NCBI GenBank assembly: GCA_018701105.1 | Contig: JABIWD010000051.1 | Span: 1 to 62,653, forward strand | Direction: 5' to 3' | DNA from: Candidatus Uhrbacteria bacterium | GTDB taxonomy: Bacteria > Patescibacteriota > Patescibacteriia > UBA9934 > UBA11717 | DNA: 62,653 nucleotides | Part shown: positions 39,238-48,708 of the stretch, one piece after another | Layout of the letters: every line of letters starts with the position of its first letter | Numbering within the stretch: position 1 is the first letter of the stretch | Position numbers and translations under genes: made by a program | Notes under the pieces: generated by a model | Told to the model about the DNA's origin: nothing | The model's database searches: none | Seen by the model: only the letters and a program-made list of their open reading frames with translations

Positions 39238-39685
39238 TGGTCAGCCAACTATAATCCTTACGCCACACATCGCGACGCTGAATTCCAAAAGTCTTTGCCT
39301 GTTCAACGTCCATTCCCATATACCAATCGATGCGCTTTGTGTACCTCGCATTCATGCGATCGAGCACAAGACAACTCCCCATTCCATCAACCCAGAGTCT
39401 CGTCCCAATCGGCACAAAGTTCGCAGCACACGTGTGCCCTCCAAGAATTTTATGCAAACAAATATCATCTCCCTTCGCCGCGAGACACGGTGTATCGTCT
39501 GTCTGCCCGGGCACAGAATTATAAGCGGAGATGTAACGAGTACCAATCGGCTCCCAACCCTTAACAGCAAATCCAACGAGAGCAATGACAATTACCGAGA
39601 ACAAAAACTTTACAGGGATCTTCCTGCTTATCTTTTTCCATCGCGTTTTGAACTTCGGTTTTGGTTTTGTTTTCTTTTTTGCCAT
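39230..39685 (-). CDS. 3D (RlpA/MltA-like double-psi beta-barrel) domain protein, membrane-anchored
   Basis: AYNSVPGQTDDTPCLAA ... GTRLWVDGMGSCLVLDRMN pattern. Confidence 0.65.
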   Translation of the reverse strand: MAKKKTKPKPKFKTRWKKISRKIPVKFLFSVIVIALVGFAVKGWEPIGTRYISAYNSVPGQTDDTPCLAAKGDDICLHKILGGHTCAANFVPIGTRLWVDGMGSCLVLDRMNARYTKRIDWYMGMDVEQAKTFGIQRRDVWRKDYSWLTND

Positions 39686-39775
39686 GGTCTTCTCTATGCT
39701 GTGATTATATCACCTACTAGCACGTCATTGCGAACAGCAGTGAAGCAACCTTTTCGATTAAGCTAACTTTAGCGT

Positions 39776-40111
39776 CTACTTCCCTTTCTTTATTGGCACA
39801 GTATCAAGATCAACTTTCTTTCCAAATTGCGAGTATGACATACCGTTATTTTCACGTTTGAACGTAAAGTCCCATACAAAAGGCTCCACATCTATCTCTC
39901 CATAATATCGAGTACCGCAAATATCACACTTAACAACCCATTCCTGATATCCACTACCCATATCAACCTCAGACATTCCGGGTAGCTCCATCATTTCTGG
40001 TGCCTGAGCCTCGCCGTCACCGTCTTCGCTAAACATGCTAGATGAATACGAGCTGGGTATCTTTGAGCACCGTGGGCAATCTTCCCACGAATCAATTTTC
40101 TTTTTCGCCAT
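39776..40111 (-). CDS. Zinc-ribbon-like hypothetical protein, 111 aa
   Basis: CPRC ... CDIC cysteine pairs. Confidence 0.5.
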   Translation of the reverse strand: MAKKKIDSWEDCPRCSKIPSSYSSSMFSEDGDGEAQAPEMMELPGMSEVDMGSGYQEWVVKCDICGTRYYGEIDVEPFVWDFTFKRENNGMSYSQFGKKVDLDTVPIKKGK

Positions 40112-40132
40112 AAGCTAATCTCGTTGCTTCTA

Positions 40133-41929
40133 TTATACACTCATTGCCTCAATCTCGTCTTGAAGCTTCAGCCATTCCCTCTCAAGCCTCTCCAGCTCTT
40201 TCTTGAGCTCCTCAAGCCTCTGGGCCTTTGGCGGTGCATAGTCAGTCGGATTCTCGAAGAAGTACTTCATGATCTCCGCCTTCTCCTGTTCGTACTTCTC
40301 GATCTCGCTATCGACCCTCCTCAACGACCTTTGAATCTCGCGAACACGCATCCGCGCTTCTTTTCTCTCCATCTTTGCTTTATTTCGAATAGCCTCCTCC
40401 TCGGATACACTTTCCTCGATCATGTCAGCTTCCACTGCAGCAAGTTCCGCTAGGTACTCAACATACATTGGGTAATCGCCTCGATACTCTCGAACCGATC
40501 CATGGCGGACCTCAAATACACGATCAGCTAACGCGCTAACAAAAGTACGCGCATGTGAAACGAAGATCACCGTCCCCTTGTATTTCTTCAGAGCTATAGC
40601 GAGCCCTTCCGATGTCTCAACATCCAGATGGTTCGTAGGCTCGTCCAGAATCAGTACGCTATGATTGCGCAGGAGTATTCCGGCGAGTGCGAGTCGTGCT
40701 CGTTCCCCACCAGACAACACAGAAACCGGCTTATCAAGATCATCTCCTTGGAACAAAAAGTTGCCAGCCATCATCAAGATCTGCTCTGCTGACGTTCCAT
40801 CACGTGCACTATCGGTTAAATGCGATATCACCTTATCGTTATCTTTCAATGAAGAGCTTGTCAGTTGGTCGTAGTATCCAACGTCGGCGTGCTTCCACCA
40901 TTTCATGTAACCATCGAGTAACTCAATCTGACCAACGATCGTCTTCAACAGCGTCGACTTTCCACGACCGTTGTCCCCTGCGATGACGATTTTCTCCCCA
41001 CGCGAAATCGTAAACGTAATATTGTCAGCAATGACGAGGTCGCCGTAACCGATGACAAGATCGGTTACTCGGAGCGCAGGCCCAGCATGAACCGTAGGTG
41101 ACGGAATCGTGATTCTTGTCGTCGCGAGGTCTGCATTAATCTTCACGATCTGGCTTCGCAGTCGAGATATATGCTTAACCTTGTTCTTTGCACGTGACGC
41201 GAGATTCGCCTTCGCTCCGAATCGATCTACGAACTTCTGATGATGTGACATCTCGCGTGACAGCTTCTTGTTCGTTCTCTTCACGAACTCAAGCTGCTCC
41301 GCTTTCCACTCCAAGAACTCCTGAACCTTTCCTTTGTATATAGTAAGAGCAGCACGCTCAATCTCGTACGTGAAATCACAAGTATTCTGTAAAAAGGTTC
41401 TGTCATGCGCCACGAGAATAAAGCTGCCACGATAATCTGCGAGTACCGACTCGAGCATCAGCAGCGTCTGGAGGTCCAAGTAGTTCACTGGCTCATCTAA
41501 GAACAGGAGATTCGGTTCTTTCAAGAACATCGCAACAAGCTTGATGCGCATCTGATAACCTCCGGACAGCTCACTTGGAGCTTTCTCCAAATGGTCAACG
41601 TGCAAACCAAACTTGGATCCCATCTTCTTAACCTCCCACGATGGTTTACCACTAGACTCTTCAAGAAATGCAAGGGTCGAGATTCCACCAGGCAGCACCT
41701 CATTCTGACGGATCACTCCAACATGAGTCCAATCAAACATCTGAAAGGATCCTGAGTCTGCTTCAATCTCACCCATGAGGATCTTGAGCAAAGTAGACTT
41801 CCCTGCTCCATTACGACCGATTAGCGCTATCTTCTGACCTTCCGCAACCTGAAACGAGATGTTTTTTAGAACATCCTGCCTCCCGTACATCTTTGCAATA
41901 TTTTGTACTTCCAGTAACGGTTTAGCCAT
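40133..41929 (-). CDS. ABC-F family ATPase with a C-terminal coiled coil
   Basis: GRNGAGKST and GDNGRGKST Walker A motifs, LSGGYQ and LSGGER signature motifs, and a Glu/Lys-rich tail. Confidence 0.9.
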   Translation of the reverse strand: MAKPLLEVQNIAKMYGRQDVLKNISFQVAEGQKIALIGRNGAGKSTLLKILMGEIEADSGSFQMFDWTHVGVIRQNEVLPGGISTLAFLEESSGKPSWEVKKMGSKFGLHVDHLEKAPSELSGGYQMRIKLVAMFLKEPNLLFLDEPVNYLDLQTLLMLESVLADYRGSFILVAHDRTFLQNTCDFTYEIERAALTIYKGKVQEFLEWKAEQLEFVKRTNKKLSREMSHHQKFVDRFGAKANLASRAKNKVKHISRLRSQIVKINADLATTRITIPSPTVHAGPALRVTDLVIGYGDLVIADNITFTISRGEKIVIAGDNGRGKSTLLKTIVGQIELLDGYMKWWKHADVGYYDQLTSSSLKDNDKVISHLTDSARDGTSAEQILMMAGNFLFQGDDLDKPVSVLSGGERARLALAGILLRNHSVLILDEPTNHLDVETSEGLAIALKKYKGTVIFVSHARTFVSALADRVFEVRHGSVREYRGDYPMYVEYLAELAAVEADMIEESVSEEEAIRNKAKMERKEARMRVREIQRSLRRVDSEIEKYEQEKAEIMKYFFENPTDYAPPKAQRLEELKKELERLEREWLKLQDEIEAMSV

Positions 41930-41979
41930 ATCAATCAGAATCTACCAGTACAAACCGGTTTGGTCCAGGTAACTGCGTC

Positions 41980-42546
41980 CTATAAGCTCGTTTCCTTCAT
42001 AAACGGCTTGATTCCCTCAATAGCCTTCTTGACACTCATATTCATGTATAAAGCTGCGAGTTTAAGCTTTCTTCGACTAAATGTAACCCCTGCACTCGTT
42101 ATCTTCGCCAAAGGTACTTCTTCTGCTTCATCAAAAGTCAACCCGAGTCCTCCATGTATCAACCATCCCTCTGGTCGAATATCAGTCAAACTTACATCTC
42201 TAAACGCCCAGCCAACTTTGTTCAGATATTTTGTTGGAATTGAGTATGCGTTATAGCCAAATCCAGTTCCAAACGTCACATTATCGGCATCAATGCGCAT
42301 CATCACAGGTGGCTTCACTATGTATCGAGTCATCTTCCAAATAATCAAGCATGGTACGAACAAGAAGAAGATGCCAAACATGATCCACGCAAACATCGGT
42401 GCATCGTTTAAATACTCAGGCTTAATAACAACATTGAACAATGCAAGATCGAGCCCGGTCAAAAGGAAGAAAGAAGCTATCAACAACATTACGGACAATA
42501 TTGGACGGCCGAGCCTGACTTCAAAGAATGGTTTTTCATTTTTCAT
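41980..42546 (-). CDS. Membrane hypothetical protein, 188 aa
   Basis: Two TM helices followed by a soluble domain. Confidence 0.55.
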   Translation of the reverse strand: MKNEKPFFEVRLGRPILSVMLLIASFFLLTGLDLALFNVVIKPEYLNDAPMFAWIMFGIFFLFVPCLIIWKMTRYIVKPPVMMRIDADNVTFGTGFGYNAYSIPTKYLNKVGWAFRDVSLTDIRPEGWLIHGGLGLTFDEAEEVPLAKITSAGVTFSRRKLKLAALYMNMSVKKAIEGIKPFMKETSL

Positions 42547-42606
42547 ATATCAATTTTATCATAGCTCCTCCAATCAAAAAACCGGCAAAAGCCGGTTTAT
42601 TTGATT

Positions 42607-43155
42607 TTAGAATGACAATGTCTTTGCTACGTCAGCAAGTGCCTGATCGTGCACTGTAAGCTCGTAGTAACCTGTTGTTGCAACAATCACGTAGTGAGTT
42701 GTTCCATCTGCCAACTCATGACGTCGAGCATCAATATCACCAAACAACATGTCCTCAGAGCTCTTGATACCTGCAAGTCGCCCCTCAACCATCTCATTTG
42801 TTGGTGAGTCTACTTTTGAGTACTTCATTGTGAGAAGTCGCTCCGAAACGTCACCTCCCTCTGCAAACAACCATACGTCGTCGCTGTTCACGATAACAAA
42901 GTCTGCAGTAGCTTCCTTTGCCTCGTCATCTGGTCCACAAGCAACTGTGTACTGGTTGTCATCGTATGTAAGATCGAAACTTGGAGCGTAGTTGTTGTGC
43001 AGGTCTACTAGACGCACCTCTACAACAGCTGGGGCTTCATCCACCACAACATCCTCAACAACGACTGCGGGATCTGCATCTGATGTGAATGAGCAACCTG
43101 CTCCCAATAGTACGAGCCCTAGAAAACCGAGTGAAATGATTGACCAATTCTTCAT
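42607..43155 (-). CDS. Hypothetical lipoprotein, 182 aa
   Basis: Lipobox LLGAGC. Confidence 0.65.
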   Translation of the reverse strand: MKNWSIISLGFLGLVLLGAGCSFTSDADPAVVVEDVVVDEAPAVVEVRLVDLHNNYAPSFDLTYDDNQYTVACGPDDEAKEATADFVIVNSDDVWLFAEGGDVSERLLTMKYSKVDSPTNEMVEGRLAGIKSSEDMLFGDIDARRHELADGTTHYVIVATTGYYELTVHDQALADVAKTLSF

Positions 43156-43197
43156 AAAAGTTTTATTTATTTATGCTGATATCTTACTATAATTTCT

Positions 43198-44049
43198 CTA
43201 CAACCCCAAGCTATCGAATACACATACTTCCTCTGTTCGCAATGCCGCGCGAGGTTCTGGGGTTGCGTTGTCATAAACTGTAAACTCAACACACTCATCT
43301 GACACCCAGGCAATCTCAAACTCTGGCAATACATCTGGCAAGCCGTCCGGATCACCATCAACAGAAGTGATGCGCTCATCAAAATCTCGTATGATCGTAC
43401 TTTCATGACGCTCACCAAGAAGGTCGCTCAATACAAGGAACCGTCTGTGATCACGAGACATATACTCGTCGCTCAGACTGGCAACGTATCGTTGCGTAGG
43501 TGAAAGAATGTTCAGCATCTCAAGCTTGTTGAACCCTGGATCTTTCACGAACACGGGCTCTAAGTCACTCAAATCATTAAGGTCGATTGTGACGGGCTTA
43601 AACGTATGCTCAGTCTCCCCCGAGTACACTGCAAATATTCTGCCGTCATAATCGTCCGGCACTGCAAAAAGTCGTAGACCAACACCATTTGTACTCGTAA
43701 CCCTTGCATGCTCACCGGTAATCGGATTTGTAACCTCGATGAATGATTGATACTCGTCTTGAACAAAGTAAGGCTTTGGAGTTCCGTCCAGAATGCGCTG
43801 AACAAGCTCCAAATCAAGCGTCTCATATCCAGTAGTCTCCTCCACTTCTGCCACAACCTCCACCTCTTCATCCGCTTCAATATCCCCCGATAAAAAGTCA
43901 CCCGCATCACTCAGCGAGTAGAACGACACTGCGATCGCTCCAATCGACAATATAATTGACGCAACGATAGGTACAAACAAGTGCTTTGGTACCACTGGCT
44001 GCGACACTTTCTTCTTTGAGGTCTTCTTTGTAGGTTTTTTCTTTGCCAT
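43198..44049 (-). CDS. Membrane-anchored hypothetical protein, 283 aa
   Basis: Lys-rich N-terminus, a single TM and an acidic linker. Confidence 0.6.
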   Translation of the reverse strand: MAKKKPTKKTSKKKVSQPVVPKHLFVPIVASIILSIGAIAVSFYSLSDAGDFLSGDIEADEEVEVVAEVEETTGYETLDLELVQRILDGTPKPYFVQDEYQSFIEVTNPITGEHARVTSTNGVGLRLFAVPDDYDGRIFAVYSGETEHTFKPVTIDLNDLSDLEPVFVKDPGFNKLEMLNILSPTQRYVASLSDEYMSRDHRRFLVLSDLLGERHESTIIRDFDERITSVDGDPDGLPDVLPEFEIAWVSDECVEFTVYDNATPEPRAALRTEEVCVFDSLGL

Positions 44050-44194
44050 ATGAAATTAGTGTACCACATTGATATTAATCAGGAATAATAGGCTCAAGTT
44101 AGACTCACTACTAACTTCCAGCTATAGATATAGTAAAGATACCAATAATTATTATGCACATCTTACATCAATTCATTCACAAGACATAGGAAGC

Positions 44195-44225
44195 AAAAAA
44201 TGAGCCTACTGGTGCTCATTTTTTC
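44195..44225. terminator. Terminator at the end of the pilin operon
   Basis: AAAAAATGAGC-CTACTGGT-GCTCATTTTTT. Confidence 0.7.
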
Positions 44226-44611
44226 TAGTTCAATGCTTCGGTGACTGCGGTGACATCGATCGGATCGACTCCCAGATCTATATCGAGCCCATAATGCACG
44301 TTCCCAACCACGTCCGTAATCACAGCATTCCTAGTGCTCGGTGATGGGGATATGAGTGCGACATCGCATTCTGCGCCCTCTATGACCAACGTCGACGTCG
44401 TGTAAGTCGAGTCTGACGCAAGCCAGATCAAAAGCTCATCCATGCAGCCCTGCACGTTCTGCCTTGCTTCCCATGAGTGTAATCGATCTTGGTCCATGCC
44501 CACGTTCTCGAGTCCGATTCGCGTGAAGACGATCGCAGTGCTCAAGGTTACTACTCCCAAAATCAAAACAATCATCATGACAGTGAAACCACTTTGTTGA
44601 TGGCGCGTCAT
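44225..44611 (-). CDS. Pilin-like (PilX/minor-pseudopilin-like) protein lacking Glu+5
   Basis: MTRHQQSGFTVMMIVLILGVV is a prepilin-like leader plus hydrophobic helix. Confidence 0.55.
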   Translation of the reverse strand: MTRHQQSGFTVMMIVLILGVVTLSTAIVFTRIGLENVGMDQDRLHSWEARQNVQGCMDELLIWLASDSTYTTSTLVIEGAECDVALISPSPSTRNAVITDVVGNVHYGLDIDLGVDPIDVTAVTEALN

Positions 44612-45153
44612 ATTTCAAGCGTATTGGGAGTAAGCGGGATCGTGGTAGATCCAGTGAATGTACGATCGGACACTGCGGAGTCTATCGTACTAATAACGTA
44701 GTCGATCTTTAGACCTGTCAAAATACCGCCCGAATCATCAACCGTATCAATCTGCCACGTGTCAACATTAAGGTTTGCGTCAGTAATCCATGCTGGAGCC
44801 TCCGCACCCTTAGTTAATTGTAATCGATCTACATATGTCACTGTGCCACCAAAATCAACCGCATCTTGTACTGACCTTATCTGCACAGCATCGCCATTCC
44901 CGTCCTCGAGAATCAACGTACTCGGATTCGACCCGAGTGTCGAAGCAGTTACATTTATGTTATTTGCCCCTGTAATATTGTGGGACATCAACAACATAGT
45001 CACCGTCGCTGTCTCTTTCAGGCGTAGACCAGGAGCTAGGCCACTCTGAACGCGCATTGTGTTTAGCAAAAATGTAGTCAGCCCAGCTAGGACGATTATA
45101 ACTACTGCAACATACAGCACTAACTCAAGTAATGAGAAACCGTTTTGTTTCAT
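44608..45153 (-). CDS. Type IV pilin-like protein with a prepilin N-terminal methylation motif (start at MKQNGFSLLE)
   Basis: G/FSLLE cleavage motif followed by a hydrophobic helix. Confidence 0.75.
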   Translation of the reverse strand: MKQNGFSLLELVLYVAVVIIVLAGLTTFLLNTMRVQSGLAPGLRLKETATVTMLLMSHNITGANNINVTASTLGSNPSTLILEDGNGDAVQIRSVQDAVDFGGTVTYVDRLQLTKGAEAPAWITDANLNVDTWQIDTVDDSGGILTGLKIDYVISTIDSAVSDRTFTGSTTIPLTPNTLEI

Positions 45154-45154
45154 A

Positions 45155-46042
45155 TTAGTCTTCAGGTTCAAATTCGTCAGACACATAAGTCGACCCATCA
45201 CCAAATGTCAGAGTGACGGTCATGGTAACGTCATCCATATCTTGAGAGAACTGCATCTTGTGCATCTCGAAAGTCTCCGATGGATTGATAACCGTATCAA
45301 CTATATCAATATCGACGCCGCTTGGTTGATTGCCTGACGGGCTACCTGGGCCGGCATCGGACCAAACCTTAGTCTTATTCATAAATATCTGACCAAGAGT
45401 TCTGTCATTGTCCCAAGTCAACGTAACCAAGTCGATAGTAACTGCAGTAGTTCCTGTGTTTTCAATGTAAACGCGACGCAGCTGCTTGCTTCCAACAAAC
45501 TCACCACTGGACACATCCACGGACACCATTCCAGCCTCGTCAACTCCAAAACAATCACCCTGCGGATTGTCAAAACGTGTCCTGTGCACCATATTCGAAA
45601 CGGAGCGGCTGTGGCCTCCAAGATCCGTCCAACCAACGTTACTCAACAAAAGCAACGAATCGGGATCCACTGTACCGCCCGATGCAACGATTATACACGC
45701 TCCATCACGCTCTACTTCGGACACGGTGATATCTCGAGTCATACCGTTCGCCAAAGTCTCTGTGCCAGGCTCTACGCCCCACGACCCAGCCGCAAATGCA
45801 ATCTGCCCCGCCCCAACGGCGAGATCATCGAATGCGATCGTCCGTAATGCTGACACGCCCTCATAGACCGCATACTGAGCCTCACCTCTCTGCGATGTAA
45901 CGGAGACCGTTCTAGCACTTTGCACTGCTAACGAGGTTAGGGCAACCAAAAACATGGCCGCGATACCGGTCGCGATCAAGACCTCCAGGATCATAGACCC
46001 CTTTTGATCCTTTTTTAGTTTATTCCCAAACCGCCCAGCCAT
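45155..46042 (-). CDS. Large pilin-like protein, 295 aa
   Basis: KGSMILEVLIATGIAAMFLV has Gly at -1 and Glu at +5 with a hydrophobic helix. Confidence 0.6.
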   Translation of the reverse strand: MAGRFGNKLKKDQKGSMILEVLIATGIAAMFLVALTSLAVQSARTVSVTSQRGEAQYAVYEGVSALRTIAFDDLAVGAGQIAFAAGSWGVEPGTETLANGMTRDITVSEVERDGACIIVASGGTVDPDSLLLLSNVGWTDLGGHSRSVSNMVHRTRFDNPQGDCFGVDEAGMVSVDVSSGEFVGSKQLRRVYIENTGTTAVTIDLVTLTWDNDRTLGQIFMNKTKVWSDAGPGSPSGNQPSGVDIDIVDTVINPSETFEMHKMQFSQDMDDVTMTVTLTFGDGSTYVSDEFEPED

Positions 46043-46511
46043 ATCGAGATATGTTCAATGTTTTAGAAAGCCCGAGTGATTCAATCGTAATGTTGCCGTA
46101 CTGTGGAGTCTCACCAGATAGTGCCGAGAAAACAACCTCGTGATCATTTCCATCTGACGGTGAAGCGCCACTTAGCGATGCATCCGTAATCTGAGCCGCT
46201 GAGTCTACCGTATATGTTCTGTCGTAAGCGACATCTCGTGTCGCATAGGATCCTCCCAGGAATATAATATACTCATTCACATCACGAGAAGTTTCATTGT
46301 AATCTAAATACACTCCCCATGAATCGCCACTGCGATTCTGCATTGCATTTTCATTCGTAACAGACAGAACATGCAGTAGGCCCGATGTCGCCTCTTGTGA
46401 TCTAGCGACTTTTTGCACAGAAGACATGACGGCTAAACTATATCCAAAAACTATGGCTACAACAGATACAACCATCAGAATCTCAATCAATGTAAATCCT
46501 TTTGCGCGCAT
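46020..46511 (-). CDS. Type IV pilin-like protein (start at MRAKGFTLIE; the ORF track extends to 46583)
   Basis: Canonical G/FTLIEILMVVSVVAIV. Confidence 0.8.
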   Translation of the reverse strand: MRAKGFTLIEILMVVSVVAIVFGYSLAVMSSVQKVARSQEATSGLLHVLSVTNENAMQNRSGDSWGVYLDYNETSRDVNEYIIFLGGSYATRDVAYDRTYTVDSAAQITDASLSGASPSDGNDHEVVFSALSGETPQYGNITIESLGLSKTLNISRYGWAVWE

Positions 46512-46512
46512 G

Positions 46513-47565
46513 TTATATGTTTCCAACAACTTGATAGATAGGAGAGATGATAGACAGTGCGAGGCCGGCAACCAAAACACCAATCACAAGCAACAATATA
46601 GGCTCAAGCATGTTTGAAAGATTACGCATTGAGTCATCAACCTCTTGCTCGTAGAATTCCGCAAGATAAATCATCATATTGCCGAGCATCCCGGACTCCT
46701 CACCAACACGCGTCATCCGCTGCATGATCAATGGGAAGAAGCGCTCCGATGCTGCCATGGACTGCGATATAGAGCTTCCCCGCTTCACATTCTTCTCAAT
46801 CGTCTCTAGGAACTGGCTATACCTGGCGTTATTAAGCACGGATTTCACAATCGGGATGATGTCGCTGATAGTTTCACCAGAAGCAAGCATCGTTCCCATG
46901 ACACGTGCCAATCGAGCGAGGTTCGTATTTCGAACTATCGTACCTATAACTGGTGTGTATATTAAAGCCGTATGCAGAAAAGGTTTTAACGGCTTAATTT
47001 TTCTTACAAAGTAAATCGCAAGCACGAATGCAAAGATCGCGAGCAACACAAGGCCGCTCTTTGTCTCAATCACCTCCGCTATCCATAGCAACATCCTTGT
47101 TGTTACTGGAAGCTCCACATCCAAGGTTGCGAAAACATCCGTGATGTTTGGCAGCACAAATACAACTATTCCCACCGTCATCACAATAGCAACGGCCATG
47201 ATAACCAACGGATACATCAAAGCACCTTGGATCTTCTGACGCATCTCGTGCTCTTTTTCGATCTGGAGTGTAAGATGCTCTAGGTTGGCTTGCAAAGTTC
47301 CAGAAGCCTCTCCTGCCCCCACGAGATTAACGTAAACCGGATTAAAGACATGTGGGTATCTCGCAAACCCTTCGGCAAGAGTGCGCCCACTCTGCACCAT
47401 GTTCTGCAATGTGCCAACTATAGTCTTGAGCGGTTTCTTTTTTGATTGGTCGTATATTATCTGTAGCGCGTCATTCATCGGCAGACCGGACTGACTACTA
47501 CATTCAAAAGACAGCAGCCGGAACAATCGTAGCCGGTTCATGTGACCCAGAAGCAGCGGTAACAA
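46513..47565 (-). CDS. pilC: PilC/GspF-family platform protein, N-terminally short (probable ATG at 47541)
   Basis: Two GspF-type repeats (GEASGTL and GEESGML motifs) and 3 TM helices. An in-frame stop at 47572-47574 bounds the ORF. Confidence 0.85.
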   Translation of the reverse strand: MLPLLLGHMNRLRLFRLLSFECSSQSGLPMNDALQIIYDQSKKKPLKTIVGTLQNMVQSGRTLAEGFARYPHVFNPVYVNLVGAGEASGTLQANLEHLTLQIEKEHEMRQKIQGALMYPLVIMAVAIVMTVGIVVFVLPNITDVFATLDVELPVTTRMLLWIAEVIETKSGLVLLAIFAFVLAIYFVRKIKPLKPFLHTALIYTPVIGTIVRNTNLARLARVMGTMLASGETISDIIPIVKSVLNNARYSQFLETIEKNVKRGSSISQSMAASERFFPLIMQRMTRVGEESGMLGNMMIYLAEFYEQEVDDSMRNLSNMLEPILLLVIGVLVAGLALSIISPIYQVVGNI

Positions 47566-47592
47566 TCGAGATCACACAGTAATCTCGACAGC

Positions 47593-47624
47593 AAAAAAAC
47601 AGGCTCGCGCGAGCCTGTTTTTTG
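47593..47624. terminator. Bidirectional terminator with a perfect 20-nt palindrome
   Basis: AAAAAAACAGGCTCGCGCGAGCCTGTTTTTT. Confidence 0.75.
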
Positions 47625-47634
47625 TTTTCTTAGC

Positions 47635-48603
47635 TTACCGCTCGAGAGGAACACTCGAGTCTTTGTACAGGTCCGGATCTATCGTGCGGTCAAAACACGT
47701 CTCCCCTATTTCGTGGTCCCAGGCGTACGATGAAGCGCCAAGTCTATCGTATTCATAACCTCTTGGAACCGATACACCTTTATACTCACCATCAGCATCC
47801 TGACTTGTTACAAACGTGGCACAAAGCTGAAACGACAGGTCTCCCGTTGTTTTGTACGTATATGGCTCATCACTATCCGGATCGGTTGGCGCGATATATC
47901 CGTTGATCGAATTCGTAATTTCATTCAGAGACTCTGGTAGGGCATCTTTCTGCACCCAGTACGATATTACTTCACCTTGAATAGATGCAAGGTCACTCAC
48001 GCGGTTCTCGTCAAAGCGTATCGCCCTTTGCTCGGCCGGTGTTCCGACTATGAAGAAACCTGCGATGATACATGCAACGACCACTGCTGACGATGATATA
48101 CCTACAATTTTATGCACATTTGTCTTCTTCTTAACGTCACGTCTTAGCTCCCATAGGTAATAGGCGAATACGGAAACCGCGACCACCAGTATCGTGAGCA
48201 CCTTCAAGAAGAAACGACCTGTAAGCTCACCTCCAAGGAAACTGTTCATCAACGTTATTAAATCGATGATGACAGTTAGTGACGCTACAAACAAAGTTAA
48301 GTAGAGCAACCACTTGCGGACCCAGATATTCTGCTTTGCCGACTCAATTGAGAGGTCCTTGTTGATCATCCACGATGTCAGCAATAACACTGGCCATACG
48401 ATCACCAACGCAGATATTGCATTACGCATAATATCGAATGACCCGCTTCGATAATAGTCTAATGGGTCCGGCAACTGTACCGTTATGTACTGCCAAAGTA
48501 ATGAAACGAAGAAGCTCACGCCCACTGCAAGCATGATTATCATTAACAGGTACAAAAATACGTCCTTAGCGGAGCTTTTTGCAGTCTTTGTGTCGGATGT
48601 CAT
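47635..48603 (-). CDS. DUF5671-like membrane protein with a pilin-like C-terminal globular segment
   Basis: Five or six TM helices, then RAIRFDENRVSDLASIQGEVISYW...LPESL...PTDPDSDEPYTY...FQLCATF. Confidence 0.6.
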   Translation of the reverse strand: MTSDTKTAKSSAKDVFLYLLMIIMLAVGVSFFVSLLWQYITVQLPDPLDYYRSGSFDIMRNAISALVIVWPVLLLTSWMINKDLSIESAKQNIWVRKWLLYLTLFVASLTVIIDLITLMNSFLGGELTGRFFLKVLTILVVAVSVFAYYLWELRRDVKKKTNVHKIVGISSSAVVVACIIAGFFIVGTPAEQRAIRFDENRVSDLASIQGEVISYWVQKDALPESLNEITNSINGYIAPTDPDSDEPYTYKTTGDLSFQLCATFVTSQDADGEYKGVSVPRGYEYDRLGASSYAWDHEIGETCFDRTIDPDLYKDSSVPLER

Positions 48604-48672
48604 ATATTCTGCTTTGCGTGAGTAAGTTAGTCGTCGATGGTTCTAGTATAGCAATCATCTGCACAATGCAAA

Positions 48673-48698
48673 ACACAGCCCTCCTCGGAAGGCTGTGT
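48673..48698 (-). terminator. Terminator of the giant gene
   Basis: The minus strand reads ACACAGCC-TTCCGAGGAG-GGCTGTGT followed by TTTGCATT. Confidence 0.65.
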
Positions 48699-48708
48699 TT
48701 ATTAATTG

